DNA of 64,000 nucleotides from an uncultured Spirochaetota bacterium (GTDB lineage: Bacteria; Spirochaetota; Brevinematia; Brevinematales; JAOACQ01), in NCBI GenBank assembly GCA_963768055.1, contig CAVYGN010000002.1, forward strand, positions 1,152,001 to 1,216,000, written 5' to 3'. The notes below the pieces were generated by a model. The model saw only the letters and a program-made list of their open reading frames with translations. It was not told the DNA's origin and ran no database searches. The position numbers and the translations under genes were made by a program. Below, piece after piece: positions 18,483 through 28,016 of the stretch. How positions within the stretch are numbered: position 1 is the stretch's first letter; each line of letters starts with the position of its first letter.

Positions 18483-20033
18483 CTATAATTTGAAGTAACT
18501 GCTATCCCTGGCATACTTGAACGGTAGGTAAGTTTTAGGTGGATGATTCTCGTCATAAGGCTCTTTCAGATCAAGCTCTTTAACCAGGATGCTCTTTACA
18601 CTTGTATAGTTCGGAGTATCATAGAAAATTGCCCTCCTGCAGGCCGCTTCTAAGCGCTCTTTCGGATATTTCTTAGAAAGGAACAAAATACCTCTCGCAG
18701 AACGGAACCCGTCTATCTGTCTATTTGAAAGTATCCTTTCAACAACTTCCAGTGTCGTTTTTCCTATGTTTCCAGCCCAGGTAAGCAGGGATTGTGATGT
18801 TTCTGCCATATATTCTTCTTTGTAGGGCGGCGCGTGAAGGGGATTATGTGTATATTTCCATTTTATTCCGGATTTCTCATGAAGCGCTATCAATTCGTAC
18901 CCGGAATATACTTTTACAGACTTTGAATCTGCGCAGACCATTACTTCCTGGCCGATATACTTGTAAGGGACGCTATAGTATGAGCTGTCGTACTGAATCA
19001 GCCATTCGGGCCTTACAACGCAGGTTTTCCAGTTTATCATATCCCAATCTGTTAAAGGGAGCTTTGAGAGGGTCTTTGATTCTTCAATAAACATTTCGCA
19101 GGGGGATCTTCCTACGCCATGAATAATTCTGATATCTGCCGTGTCTTCATCCCATTTTTTAAGCGACTCTTCAAGATCAATTGATATGGGTATTTTGTGG
19201 CCTTTCTGTTCCTGTTTCTCGATGAAATACGGCCAGAAGTTTCTTTTAATATATTTGATATCATTCTCTACGCCGCCCTTGTGTTCCGGTTTCCCGGGAA
19301 GACATGGACTGATCATGAAATCGTAATACTTGGCCATTTCAAGAAAACTTCGATTAAAGATAGGGTCATAAAATGCGGCTTTTACAACGGCCGATTTCAG
19401 GTTGTCCGGCACGATCTTCTTCGGTATTCCTCCAAAGTGATGAAAAGAATGTATGATGCATAGAAAAAATGTCTCTTTTTTCTGGTTATAGACCACCTCG
19501 CGATATGCCTTACGGCTCTTTCTAAGCCTGCCGGAGAATACCCAGGCTTTTCTGTTCCTGCATTCCAGCGGATCATAGACTATGCCGAGATATCCGAAAT
19601 CCACTTCCATAACCCCGTCTTCAAGGGGTCTGATCATCACGCTTGGTTTCAAAGCAGGAAATTTTCTCTGTATATACCGCCGGACGGTTGTTTCGGATAT
19701 ATTTGCACAATCAGAAAATTCACTGATCAGCTTGTGAATAACCACATAACTTTTTTCATCTTCCCTGTATTTTTTTAGTTTCTCAATATGATTATCCAGG
19801 ATGTGAGGTTTTCCTTTGATATTTTCCGGCTCATTATATGCCAGGTCCATTTCTTTTTCTGTGGGCACGTCTGATGACGATGAAAGCCATTCCTTTTTAT
19901 CGCCTATATCCTTTATTTTTCTTATGACTTCCCGGTGTGTCCCGGTTTCTTTGTGGATATTTCTGATAGATTCGCCTTTCTTTAGCCGGGTCAATATTTC
20001 GATGAGTTGTGCCATGGTTTTTACCCTCGCCAT
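18483..20033 (-). CDS. istA: IS21 transposase
   Basis: MEVDFG, FGGIPKKIVPDNLKS, PEHKGGVE, YYSVP. Confidence 0.95.
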   Translation of the reverse strand: MARVKTMAQLIEILTRLKKGESIRNIHKETGTHREVIRKIKDIGDKKEWLSSSSDVPTEKEMDLAYNEPENIKGKPHILDNHIEKLKKYREDEKSYVVIHKLISEFSDCANISETTVRRYIQRKFPALKPSVMIRPLEDGVMEVDFGYLGIVYDPLECRNRKAWVFSGRLRKSRKAYREVVYNQKKETFFLCIIHSFHHFGGIPKKIVPDNLKSAVVKAAFYDPIFNRSFLEMAKYYDFMISPCLPGKPEHKGGVENDIKYIKRNFWPYFIEKQEQKGHKIPISIDLEESLKKWDEDTADIRIIHGVGRSPCEMFIEESKTLSKLPLTDWDMINWKTCVVRPEWLIQYDSSYYSVPYKYIGQEVMVCADSKSVKVYSGYELIALHEKSGIKWKYTHNPLHAPPYKEEYMAETSQSLLTWAGNIGKTTLEVVERILSNRQIDGFRSARGILFLSKKYPKERLEAACRRAIFYDTPNYTSVKSILVKELDLKEPYDENHPPKTYLPFKYARDSSYFKL

Positions 20034-20250
20034 TCATTCCCCTCCTGTGTGATTTCAAAAATTATATCACATCAGGTGGGTCACTAAATACGCCGGGGGG
20101 TGGGTCACTTAAAGTGCCGATAGGTGGGTCGTTATTTTTGCCGACCCTGGGTCACTTGGGGTGCCGGATTGCACCCATAAAGAAATAGAAATATTGTTTA
20201 TTCTAGCATTAAAATAAGTTAAAATATATTTATAGTTATTAAGGATAGTT

Positions 20251-20439
20251 ATGCCAAAAGTAAAAATGGCAATTGATTTGATAGAAAAAGATGGATGGTT
20301 TATTTCAAGGATAAGAGGAGATCATAGACAATATAAACACCTAAGTAAGAAAGGTCTTGTAACAATCCCCGGTAAAATGTCTGATGATTTGGCTCCCGGG
20401 ACTTTTAATAGTATCTTAAAACAAGCCGGATTAAAGTAG
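20251..20439 (+). CDS. hicA: HicA family toxin
   Basis: DGW...RGDHRQYKH..KKGLVTIP...DLAPGT..SILKQAGL. Confidence 0.93.
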   Translation: MPKVKMAIDLIEKDGWFISRIRGDHRQYKHLSKKGLVTIPGKMSDDLAPGTFNSILKQAGLK

Positions 20440-20447
20440 GAGGCACA

Positions 20448-20672
20448 ATGAAAAGATTTACTGTAAATTTCGAAAAAACTAATACAGGTTACAGCGCTTA
20501 TATACCGGACTTGCCTGGATGTGTAGCTACTGGCGCCACAAAAGAAGAATGTGAAAAGAGTATTTATGAGGCATTGAAGTTCCATATAGAGGGAATGGTC
20601 GAAGAAGGTTTGCCGATACCTGATAGTATCACAGATAGTGAAGTAATGTTTGTCCCGGATCTTGTAAAATAA
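20448..20672 (+). CDS. hicB: HicB family antitoxin
   Basis: YSAYIPDLPGCVATGAT.EE....EAL..H. Confidence 0.93.
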   Translation: MKRFTVNFEKTNTGYSAYIPDLPGCVATGATKEECEKSIYEALKFHIEGMVEEGLPIPDSITDSEVMFVPDLVK

Positions 20673-20684
20673 GAAAAACTATAG

Positions 20685-20994
20685 AAAACTTCTGCCAGTC
20701 CCCTGCAAGTAAAATCATTTTGCAAGTTGCGTAATTCGTTGCGGAAAAATAAGTTGTGGAATATCCGTATCCCCCTCTCTACGAATCCTGTAATTCTTTA
20801 CCCTGCAATCATTTGTGTTAATTTATCTTGATTTTATGTGGTTAGAGTGGCTCATTTGGTTGAAAAAAGGGTATTCTATCAAATTCTTACCAATCCAGCC
20901 AAACCTGCCAAAAAAAGCATTTTTATTAAAATTTGCCAGTCTGGTGCCGGTAAATTATATAGAGTTACGAGTTTTACTGACACTGGAAAAAATA
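20685..20994 (+). repeat. Long intergenic repeat, copy B
   Basis: AAAACTTCTGCCAGTCCCCTGC...TACTGACACTG; direct repeat of 21568-21913. Confidence 0.9.
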
Positions 20995-21019
20995 TGTTTT
21001 TTGAATAAAAAAAAGAATA

Positions 21020-21307
21020 TTATGATACTCGCCGTTTTAAGATATCATAAAAATTTTCTCTTTTCCCAATCATCAGGATTGTAACAATATTTTCATTTTC
21101 ATTGATGATAAAACATATCCTGTATTCTGTTCTTACTTCCTTGAAATGATAAGAATATATTCCATTTAGGTTGCCTGTTAATTTTTCATATTTGAAAGGG
21201 TCTCTAAGAATATTGTCAATATGACTCTGCTGAATTTTTTTAATAACTGTGTAATCCAATGATTTTAAATCTTTTTTGACTTGAGGATGATATTCATCCT
21301 TAAACAC
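21020..21307 (-). CDS. RelE/ParE family toxin
   Basis: HPQVKKDLK.LD, LTGNL.GIYS.H, YRI.F, IGKRENFY. Confidence 0.9.
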   Translation of the reverse strand: MFKDEYHPQVKKDLKSLDYTVIKKIQQSHIDNILRDPFKYEKLTGNLNGIYSYHFKEVRTEYRICFIINENENIVTILMIGKRENFYDILKRRVS

Positions 21308-21482
21308 TAAATATTTCCGCTCTTGAAATGGGTTTGACCTTCTTTTTTTCTATTTCGTTTTTTCTCTTGATTAAATTTCCGGAAATTCCGGAAAGCAAAA
21401 CTAATAGAGTTTCTTTATCATGGCGATTTAAATTATTAACAGTTTCAGCCAGTGTTTCCATGCTGATTTTTAATTGGGGCAT
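21300..21482 (-). CDS. Putative antitoxin of the RelE toxin
   Basis: Small upstream gene overlapping the toxin start; GGAGGA RBS. Confidence 0.75.
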   Translation of the reverse strand: MPQLKISMETLAETVNNLNRHDKETLLVLLSGISGNLIKRKNEIEKKKVKPISRAEIFSV

Positions 21483-21567
21483 ATTGTCCTCCATTCTGAC
21501 CACATTAAAATTTTAACTAATGGAATGGTTTGTGTCAAACGGCTTATAAATATGAGAATTTTAATAA

Positions 21568-21913
21568 AAAACTTCTGCCAGTCCCCTGCCAGTAAAATTA
21601 TTTTCCGGGTTGTGTTATTCTATGCAGAGTAATGAATTATAGGATATCCGTATCCCCATCTCTCCGATATCCTGTAAGTCTTTACCCGCCAATAAGTTAT
21701 GCCGAATTATCTTGATTTTATATGGTTAGAGGGGTTCATTTGGTTGAATAATGGCTACTTTATGAAATTCTAACCAATCCAGCCAAAAAAAGCATTTTTA
21801 ACAAAATTTGCCAGTCAGGTGTCTCTGATGGCCGAAGGCTGCCAGTAGATTATAATTAGTTACGTGATTTACTGACACTGACAAAAATAGGAGTTTGATT
21901 AGTGAAAATGTGT
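21568..21913 (+). repeat. Long intergenic repeat, copy C
   Basis: Direct repeat of 20685-20994 with a short insertion. Confidence 0.9.
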
Positions 21914-22178
21914 ATCTTAGAGTTTTTCAGTCAACGCACTGTTCAAAATGCACTCTTTGTGAAAACTAGTCAATTTTAACAGGTTAACAGGTTAAATTGT
22001 GCGTTAATTTCTTCTCGGTAAAGAATGCTCTCAATATTGGTAAATTTGGAGAGTTATTTGGGAAATCTTGGCTTAAATTTATAAGTAAAGAAAGCATGCT
22101 CGGCAATTCATCTTGACAAAATTGATATTTCTTATTTAATTTTATTTAGGACATTTACAAACAAAGAAGGGGGAGATA

Positions 22179-22745
22179 ATGAGAAAACTTATATGGCAAA
22201 TGAGTGTTTCTTTAGACGGTTATGCAGATCATACAGAGGTAATTGCAGATACCTCCCCCGAAGCTTTCGATGAGTTGTTTGATTTTACCACTAAACAATG
22301 GGATCAAATGGATTTCTTGTTGTTCGGACGGGTTACTTATCAACTTATGGAGGTCTGGCACAAAGTTCCCGAAGACCCTAATGCAACAAAGAAGATGATT
22401 GAATTTGCAAACAAGTTTAATGCTATGCCAAAAATTGTATTTTCACGATCCCTCCAGAAAACTGTGCGGGAGAATGAAAGATTGATAAGAGATAATGTCA
22501 TTGAAGAAATTATCAAATTAAAGCAGCAATCTGGCAAGGACTTATCCATAGGCGGTTTAAACCTCCCTCAAGAATTTATAAGACATGGATTGATTGATGA
22601 ATACCTACTTTTGCTTCAACCTCATATTTTAGGGAAAGGGAAGCGTTTGTTCGATGGTTTAGAAGAAAAAATCAAACTGAAACTTATTAATACGGTGACG
22701 TTTCAGTCCGGTGTAGTCGTTTTACGCTATTCCTCTGAAAAGTAA
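22179..22745 (+). CDS. Dihydrofolate reductase/RibD C-terminal domain protein
   Basis: SVSLDGY, LLFGRVTY, PKIVFS, GLIDEY, LGKGKRLF, SGVVVLRY. Confidence 0.9.
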   Translation: MRKLIWQMSVSLDGYADHTEVIADTSPEAFDELFDFTTKQWDQMDFLLFGRVTYQLMEVWHKVPEDPNATKKMIEFANKFNAMPKIVFSRSLQKTVRENERLIRDNVIEEIIKLKQQSGKDLSIGGLNLPQEFIRHGLIDEYLLLLQPHILGKGKRLFDGLEEKIKLKLINTVTFQSGVVVLRYSSEK

Positions 22746-22762
22746 GTTTTCCTCCACTAAAT

Positions 22763-22920
22763 GGGGTAGCCGCAGAATTCGGACAAATTGGTACAACGTT
22801 AATGATTGGGGAAACTCAAAAAAAACCGTAAAATTCTAATTTTACACTCCGGAGAATAACCCGGCGAGTAAATAAGACCATGAGGCGGGAAAACAGGGGG
22901 CCCTATAGAGGGCAAAATTT
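22763..22920 (+). mobile_element. Orphan Tn3-family end (degenerate IR plus subterminal segment)
   Basis: GGGGTAGCCGCAGAATTCGGACAAATTGGTACAACGTTAA; colinear with rc 8865-9023. Confidence 0.75.
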
Positions 22921-22982
22921 CAGGGGGTGTGGATCCTTCGCATTCTAACAAGATAAATGGTTCCAAATGAATGAAATATTAT

Positions 22983-23948
22983 TTAATCGTTTGTAATCAT
23001 TTTATTAGTTATGATGGAATTTGAACTTATTGTTTCGTTGGTGTTAACAACTTTTGTATTGAGGTCATTGGGTTCAATGAAATCAATATATTCATTACCA
23101 ATAATAAAATTATTTAATTTCAGTTCAAATCTCATTTTCCCCTTATGAGCATTTCTGTCATTGTATATATTATTGTGCCAAGTATTCCAACTTACTGATT
23201 TTGGATGGAACTTATAACCACCCTGATCAATAATATTATTATTGCTATCATAAACAGTTGTTACCAAATAATATGTGTTTTTAGATAAATTAAACCATTT
23301 AACATAAAAATACAAATCTTGATCGCGCCCTAAAATATAATAATTAACCTCTGGGTTATTATTACCTGCCCTTAAATGAAAAACTGCCTTATATTTTATA
23401 TTAGTTTGATCTTCCTTACTTAAAATGAGATTGGATGCTCCCATAGGGTCTACCGAACTCGAGTATAGGGCCAGGGCCCCCGTTATATTAGTATTGGTAC
23501 TTACAAAATCAATGAATTCATTTCCAAGCACATAATTGTTAAGAGTAATCTCAAACCTGTATTTTCCGGGTGCTATGTTAGCATTGTATTTTCTTTTAAA
23601 CCATGTTCTGAAATAATATTCTTGCATCTGGAAATAATTATGGAAACTGTCGATAATTTTATTACTTTCATTATAAACTTTTAAAGATAGCAGATATTTA
23701 TCATTTGGCATCTTCCATTCTATATATATAATCAAGTTCCTGCCAGAATCCAGCGAATATTTATCCAATTTACCCACAGGTTTAAAAACCCTATCCAGCA
23801 AGTCTGTAAAGGTTAGATCATACCATATATTCGAAGCATTATCCTTTGTCAATGGCCTTATCCAATATTTGCCGATTTTTATCAAATTGTCATCGGTAAA
23901 CCCCGCCAAAGTAGTTGTGAATAATAATAATAGCATAATTTTAATCAT
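22983..23948 (-). CDS. Secreted protein with an internally duplicated beta-rich domain
   Basis: Signal peptide; two copies of ..Y..W...Y.L...VY.....IID...TW.....GK.RFE..LNN...GNE.IDF. Confidence 0.75.
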   Translation of the reverse strand: MIKIMLLLLFTTTLAGFTDDNLIKIGKYWIRPLTKDNASNIWYDLTFTDLLDRVFKPVGKLDKYSLDSGRNLIIYIEWKMPNDKYLLSLKVYNESNKIIDSFHNYFQMQEYYFRTWFKRKYNANIAPGKYRFEITLNNYVLGNEFIDFVSTNTNITGALALYSSSVDPMGASNLILSKEDQTNIKYKAVFHLRAGNNNPEVNYYILGRDQDLYFYVKWFNLSKNTYYLVTTVYDSNNNIIDQGGYKFHPKSVSWNTWHNNIYNDRNAHKGKMRFELKLNNFIIGNEYIDFIEPNDLNTKVVNTNETISSNSIITNKMITND

Positions 23949-24383
23949 TATTTCCCTCCTCTTCGCGGATGGTTACCCTAGAATGCCGAGACTATCAAAA
24001 TTTAGAAAATCCTTATTTTTAATCTGAATATTATTAACCTTCAAAAGGTTGAAAAATCTTAATTTATTTAAAATTTATTGTCAATATTCATGAAAATAAG
24101 AGAAGACTATTTAAGAAATTCCCAGGTTGTGGATCCTCACAATTCTAACAAAAGGAAAGTCGGTTCTGAAGTCATTAAGCAATATAAATGCAAATATAAT
24201 AAAATTGAATCTAATGTGACTTTTGTCGGCAATGTTGGAGGTACTCCATTAAGATCAAATGTCACTTTAATTTTCTTTAATTAAATCGGCGGCTTGTAAA
24301 ATTCTCAAACCTTTGATAAATAAAAATATTCCAATTCCCCGTGTGTTAGGATAGTTGTCGCCTAAAATATTAGGAGACAAAAA

Positions 24384-24866
24384 ATGAATAGTCAAATTCG
24401 TTCAGAGGAATTCAGGAAATCTATCGTTCAAAAGATGTGTATGCCAGGAGGAAAAACAGTATCTGAACTGAGCCAGGAAATAGGAGTATGTGAACAAACC
24501 CTTTACAACTGGAGGAAAATGATCCAGAATAATGTATCCAGAGGATTCCAGGATAGAAGCCCGAGAGGCTGGAAATTATCTGATAAATATCAGGCGGTAG
24601 TAGACGCAGCAAGCCAATCGGGAGAAGAGTTAGGACAGTGGTTGAGAAAAAATGGTCTCCAGTCGACTCATATCGAACTCTGGAAACAGGAGTGTTTATC
24701 AGTGATATCTAATAACTCATACAGAGAAGAAAACAAGGGTTTGAAAGCAAAAATCATAGAGTTAGAAAAAGAAATTAACCGTAAGGATAAAACTATAGCC
24801 GAGGTTACTTCTCTGCTGGTGCTTAAAAAAAAACTGAACAAGCTGTTCGGGATCGAGGAAGATTAA
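24384..24866 (+). CDS. IS3 transposase OrfA
   Basis: N-terminal HTH, coiled coil, LLVLKKK ending on an A9C slippery site (24825-24834). Confidence 0.9.
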   Translation: MNSQIRSEEFRKSIVQKMCMPGGKTVSELSQEIGVCEQTLYNWRKMIQNNVSRGFQDRSPRGWKLSDKYQAVVDAASQSGEELGQWLRKNGLQSTHIELWKQECLSVISNNSYREENKGLKAKIIELEKEINRKDKTIAEVTSLLVLKKKLNKLFGIEED

Positions 24867-24871
24867 CTCCA

Positions 24872-25900
24872 TTGGATATACGCATAGATATCTGTGCCTT
24901 GATTAATGAGGCTGTTACGACAGGGGCCAGCAGGGATAAGGCTTGTGAAGAATCTGGCTATGATATAAGGACCATACAGCGCTGGAATAAAAATCTTGAG
25001 GGAGACAGAAGAAAATTGAGAAATGTAATGCCTTCAAATGCCCTGTCGGCCGAAGAAAGGGAGGAGATCATCTCCTGCTGTTGCAGCGAGAGATTTAGAG
25101 ATATGACGCCGAATGAAATAGTGCCCATGCTGGCAGAGGAAGGTCGGTATATAGCATCAGAATCATCTTTTTACCGCGTTTTAAAGGACAATGATTTGCT
25201 GCACCATAGATACGAAACGAAGCCGAAAACGGCAAGGAAAACGCCAAGAGAACTGGAAGCGACGGGTCCTAATCAGGTATGGAGTTGGGATATTACATAT
25301 ATATCCAGTCATATAAAAGGTAAGTATTTCTACCTCTATATGATCGAAGATGTCTGGAGCCGTAAGATAGTCGGCTGGAAAATGCACGAGGAGGAAAGCT
25401 CTGATCATGCCGCAAGAATGGTGGCAGAGATCGGAGAAACCATTGATTTGAAAGGCTTGTATTTACATTCTGATAATGGTTCTCCTATGAAAGGGGCTAC
25501 GATGTTAGCGACCTTGCAGAGGTTACAGGTTATGCCGTCGTTTTCAAGGCCGAGTGTAAGTAACGATAACCCTTACTCAGAATCATTGTTTAAAACATTG
25601 AAATATAATGTGAAATACCCAGGCAATTTCGAGACAATGGAATCGGTAGAAATATGGATGCAAAATTTTGTAGACTGGTATAATAATAAACATCTTCATT
25701 CAGGGATCGGATATGTCACACCAGCACAGAGACATGAAGGTAAAGATAAGGCGATACTCCTGAAGAGAGCGGAAACTTATGCGGCTGCAAAAAGCAGACA
25801 TCCTGAAAGATGGTCAGGAGAATCTAAAAAATGGGAACGGATAGAATCGGTATTTTTAAACCCGAGTAAGACTAACAAGGAATCGTTGGTTGCGGCGTAA
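24872..25900 (+). CDS. IS3 transposase OrfB (DDE), probably fused to OrfA by -1 frameshift
   Basis: PNQVWSWDITY, LHSDNGS, NDNPYSESLFKTLK. Confidence 0.95.
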   Translation: MDIRIDICALINEAVTTGASRDKACEESGYDIRTIQRWNKNLEGDRRKLRNVMPSNALSAEEREEIISCCCSERFRDMTPNEIVPMLAEEGRYIASESSFYRVLKDNDLLHHRYETKPKTARKTPRELEATGPNQVWSWDITYISSHIKGKYFYLYMIEDVWSRKIVGWKMHEEESSDHAARMVAEIGETIDLKGLYLHSDNGSPMKGATMLATLQRLQVMPSFSRPSVSNDNPYSESLFKTLKYNVKYPGNFETMESVEIWMQNFVDWYNNKHLHSGIGYVTPAQRHEGKDKAILLKRAETYAAAKSRHPERWSGESKKWERIESVFLNPSKTNKESLVAA

Positions 25901-26707
25901 AATAAAAGCGACAACTCCCTTGACAAAAACCGCAATTATTATGCCTATTAATGTAAATGTACTGTTAAAATATGGTAAGGATCTATAGAAAATAGAAGAA
26001 TAAGTTATTATCATTGAGAAAACGAAAAACATAACGGGGAATATTATACTTGATAGGAGATACATTTTATAACCTGCTTCCCACATTTCATTGGTTGTAT
26101 TATTTCTATAAGCCAAAGCTTTAAATCCTGCATCATTATTGCCCTGAACGGCAACGACAATATTGTCATTTTTGGAGACTGATACAGGTTTATAGGATTT
26201 GACTATAATAATTTTTTCATTCAACATAAACATAAAGATATAAGTTCTTACCATAAATCTTATAGTGCTCACGCCATATCTATATTGAATAGGCATATAA
26301 TATGGTTTATCTTTTATTGTTTTATCTATTGTGGTAGCTAGACCTTTAAGTATTTCCATCTGGTAAGACCCCTAAAAATTGTATTATTAAATATTTACCA
26401 TTTGACACCTTGTTCTCCCGAAAAAATACTTCACAAATTACTCGAAGTAAAAAAATATATTTTAAGAGAAATTCTATTTTACTAATCCTTTATTGTCAAA
26501 TGCAAGAAAATAAAAGAGGAATAGACCAGGGATTTACAAACTGTGGATCCTTCTATCGCTTTTCACAAAGAAATATGGCATAAAGGTTATAGAATTTTTA
26601 TTTTGGAGAAAATACTAATTTGATACCGTTTCATAGAAAATGCTAATACGATACCCCTCTAACTGAACTCCTACTTCAGCAAAAGGGGTAAGAATTCCTT
26701 GTGAATA

Positions 26708-26838
26708 GGGGTGGACGCAGAATTCGGGAAAAATAGTACGCTAAGGATTTAAGGGTTATCCCCCAAAAACCTGCAAAATTCCAAATATACGCCCCGGTGA
26801 ATACCTCGTTAGCTAAATTAAGGACATGGGGCAGGAAA
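26708..26838 (+). mobile_element. Orphan Tn3-family end: 38-bp IR (26708-26745) plus subterminal segment
   Basis: GGGGTGGACGCAGAATTCGGGAAAAATAGTACGCTAAG, close to the Tn501/Tn1721 IR as recalled. Confidence 0.88.
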
Positions 26839-26881
26839 GTCAGACTGTGAATCTAAACAATTTTAACAAAGAAAGTTTTAG

Positions 26882-27045
26882 ATTAATCTTTGTATATGTT
26901 TATATTATCTGAAATTATTTCAAATTTACAAATGTTTTCCGGATCCAAACTCCCAATGCCACTTGAAATTTTTATTATCTATGGTTGTTTTGATATAACC
27001 AGATTTTCCTTTTGTTTCAATTTCAACATGAATATTATAATCCAT
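26882..27045 (-). pseudogene. Small truncated gene between two motif copies
   Basis: Hand translation MDYNIHVEIETKGKSGYIKTTIDNKNFKWHWEFGSG, then frame break; TTGACA upstream. Confidence 0.4.
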
Positions 27046-27172
27046 AAAAAATTCTATTTTATCCAATTACTATTGTCAATGTTAGAGTGTGGATCCTTCG
27101 CAATTCTAACAAAGAAAAACTTCCAACCTAGTTGAAACCTGCTATTTTCAAAAAATATAGTGGATAATTAAT

Positions 27173-27907
27173 TTAATTTTTTATGGCTATTACTGTGTTA
27201 AACCAAAATCCCTGGGGTAGAAATTTGGGTTTTTCAATCCTGACTGACATTCCAGCCTTAGAGAAAACATCTTTGTATTCTTTAATAAAAAAATAAGCCG
27301 CGTCAGATATTATGACAATCCCTCCGGGTTTAAGAACACGGTAAATTTCCAGGCAAGCGCTGTATCTTTCCTTTTTCGAAGGTATATTATGAAGGCATAG
27401 ATTTGAAAGTACAATATCAAAATATCCTCCGGGAAAAGATGTTTTTATTATATTTTCGTTTTTAATCTCAATCCTGCCGGAAACATTTTCTATTTCAGCG
27501 TTCTTAATTGCACTGTCAGCTATATTAACCGCCATATCCTGCTGTCTCCAGATGTCAATCCCTATCGACTTCCCATACGGCAGTTTTTTAGCGGCACCAA
27601 TCATAAGCAAGCCATGTCCTGTTCCGACATCAAGGACGGTTTCGTTTCCCTTCCATTCAATATTTGATAATATAGCATCCCTGTGCTTTAATTTTCCAAT
27701 CCTTATATAAATGATCAACTTGGTCGCTCTGTACAAAATAACAATCCCGAAAATCAAAATAACACAAGCGGCTAAACGAAATAAAAGCCCATGTAAAACA
27801 AAAAGTGAAACAATAAGAGTTGCATCGGTTACAACAGCTATTATCAAAGTAATGATCGTAACCCGCGGGTTGCCATCCCAGCCGTAATCGGGATTTACCT
27901 GTTTCAT
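27173..27907 (-). CDS. Class I SAM-dependent methyltransferase with N-terminal membrane helices
   Basis: YGWD, VLDVGTGHG, GIDIW, FDIVLSNLCLHNI, RVLKPGG. Confidence 0.92.
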   Translation of the reverse strand: MKQVNPDYGWDGNPRVTIITLIIAVVTDATLIVSLFVLHGLLFRLAACVILIFGIVILYRATKLIIYIRIGKLKHRDAILSNIEWKGNETVLDVGTGHGLLMIGAAKKLPYGKSIGIDIWRQQDMAVNIADSAIKNAEIENVSGRIEIKNENIIKTSFPGGYFDIVLSNLCLHNIPSKKERYSACLEIYRVLKPGGIVIISDAAYFFIKEYKDVFSKAGMSVRIEKPKFLPQGFWFNTVIAIKN

Positions 27908-28016
27908 TCAAAACCCCTATTTTTTATATGGAATTATAAATGCTTAATAGAGATTGTTCAATAATAACCTAATTATGAAATCATGTGACTCGAAAAGTCT
28001 TTTGTTAAAACATACG

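Larger units (their letters stand above)
17620..20173 (-). mobile_element. IS21-family element (copy 2, different from copy 1)
   Basis: Ends TGCCGTCCGGCAGGTTTAGTGACCCAGGGTCGGC and rc TGCAATCCGGCACCCCAAGTGACCCAGGGTCGGC; 5-bp DR CCCAT at 17615-17619 and 20174-20178. Confidence 0.95.
24337..25932 (+). mobile_element. IS3-family element
   Basis: orfA/orfB; imperfect IRs sharing AGTTGTCGC; 5-bp DR CAATT at 24332-24336 and 25933-25937. Confidence 0.9.
24267..26359 (-). pseudogene. Membrane protein interrupted by the IS3 element
   Basis: Removing the IS and one CAATT restores ...LIGIII-GIFLFIKGLRILQAADLIKEN*. Confidence 0.8.
22928..27115 (+). repeat. Dispersed ~26-bp motif TGTGGATCC(T)..CAATTCTAACAAA, five copies
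   Basis: Copies starting near 22928, 24128, 26542, 26846 and 27088, all in one orientation. Confidence 0.75.

Noticed and set aside
20815..21084. 89-aa ORF
   Set aside because: Lies in the long non-coding repeat, is not conserved in the other copies and overlaps the relE 3' end
24078..24284. 68-aa plus-strand ORF, and likewise 26890..27135
   Set aside because: TTG starts, cross the repeat motif and overlap better-supported minus-strand remnants
22928..27115. Classical integron attC array
   Set aside because: Only a GTTAGAA-like half site is present; I could not find a paired inverse core or attC hairpin, and there is no intact IntI
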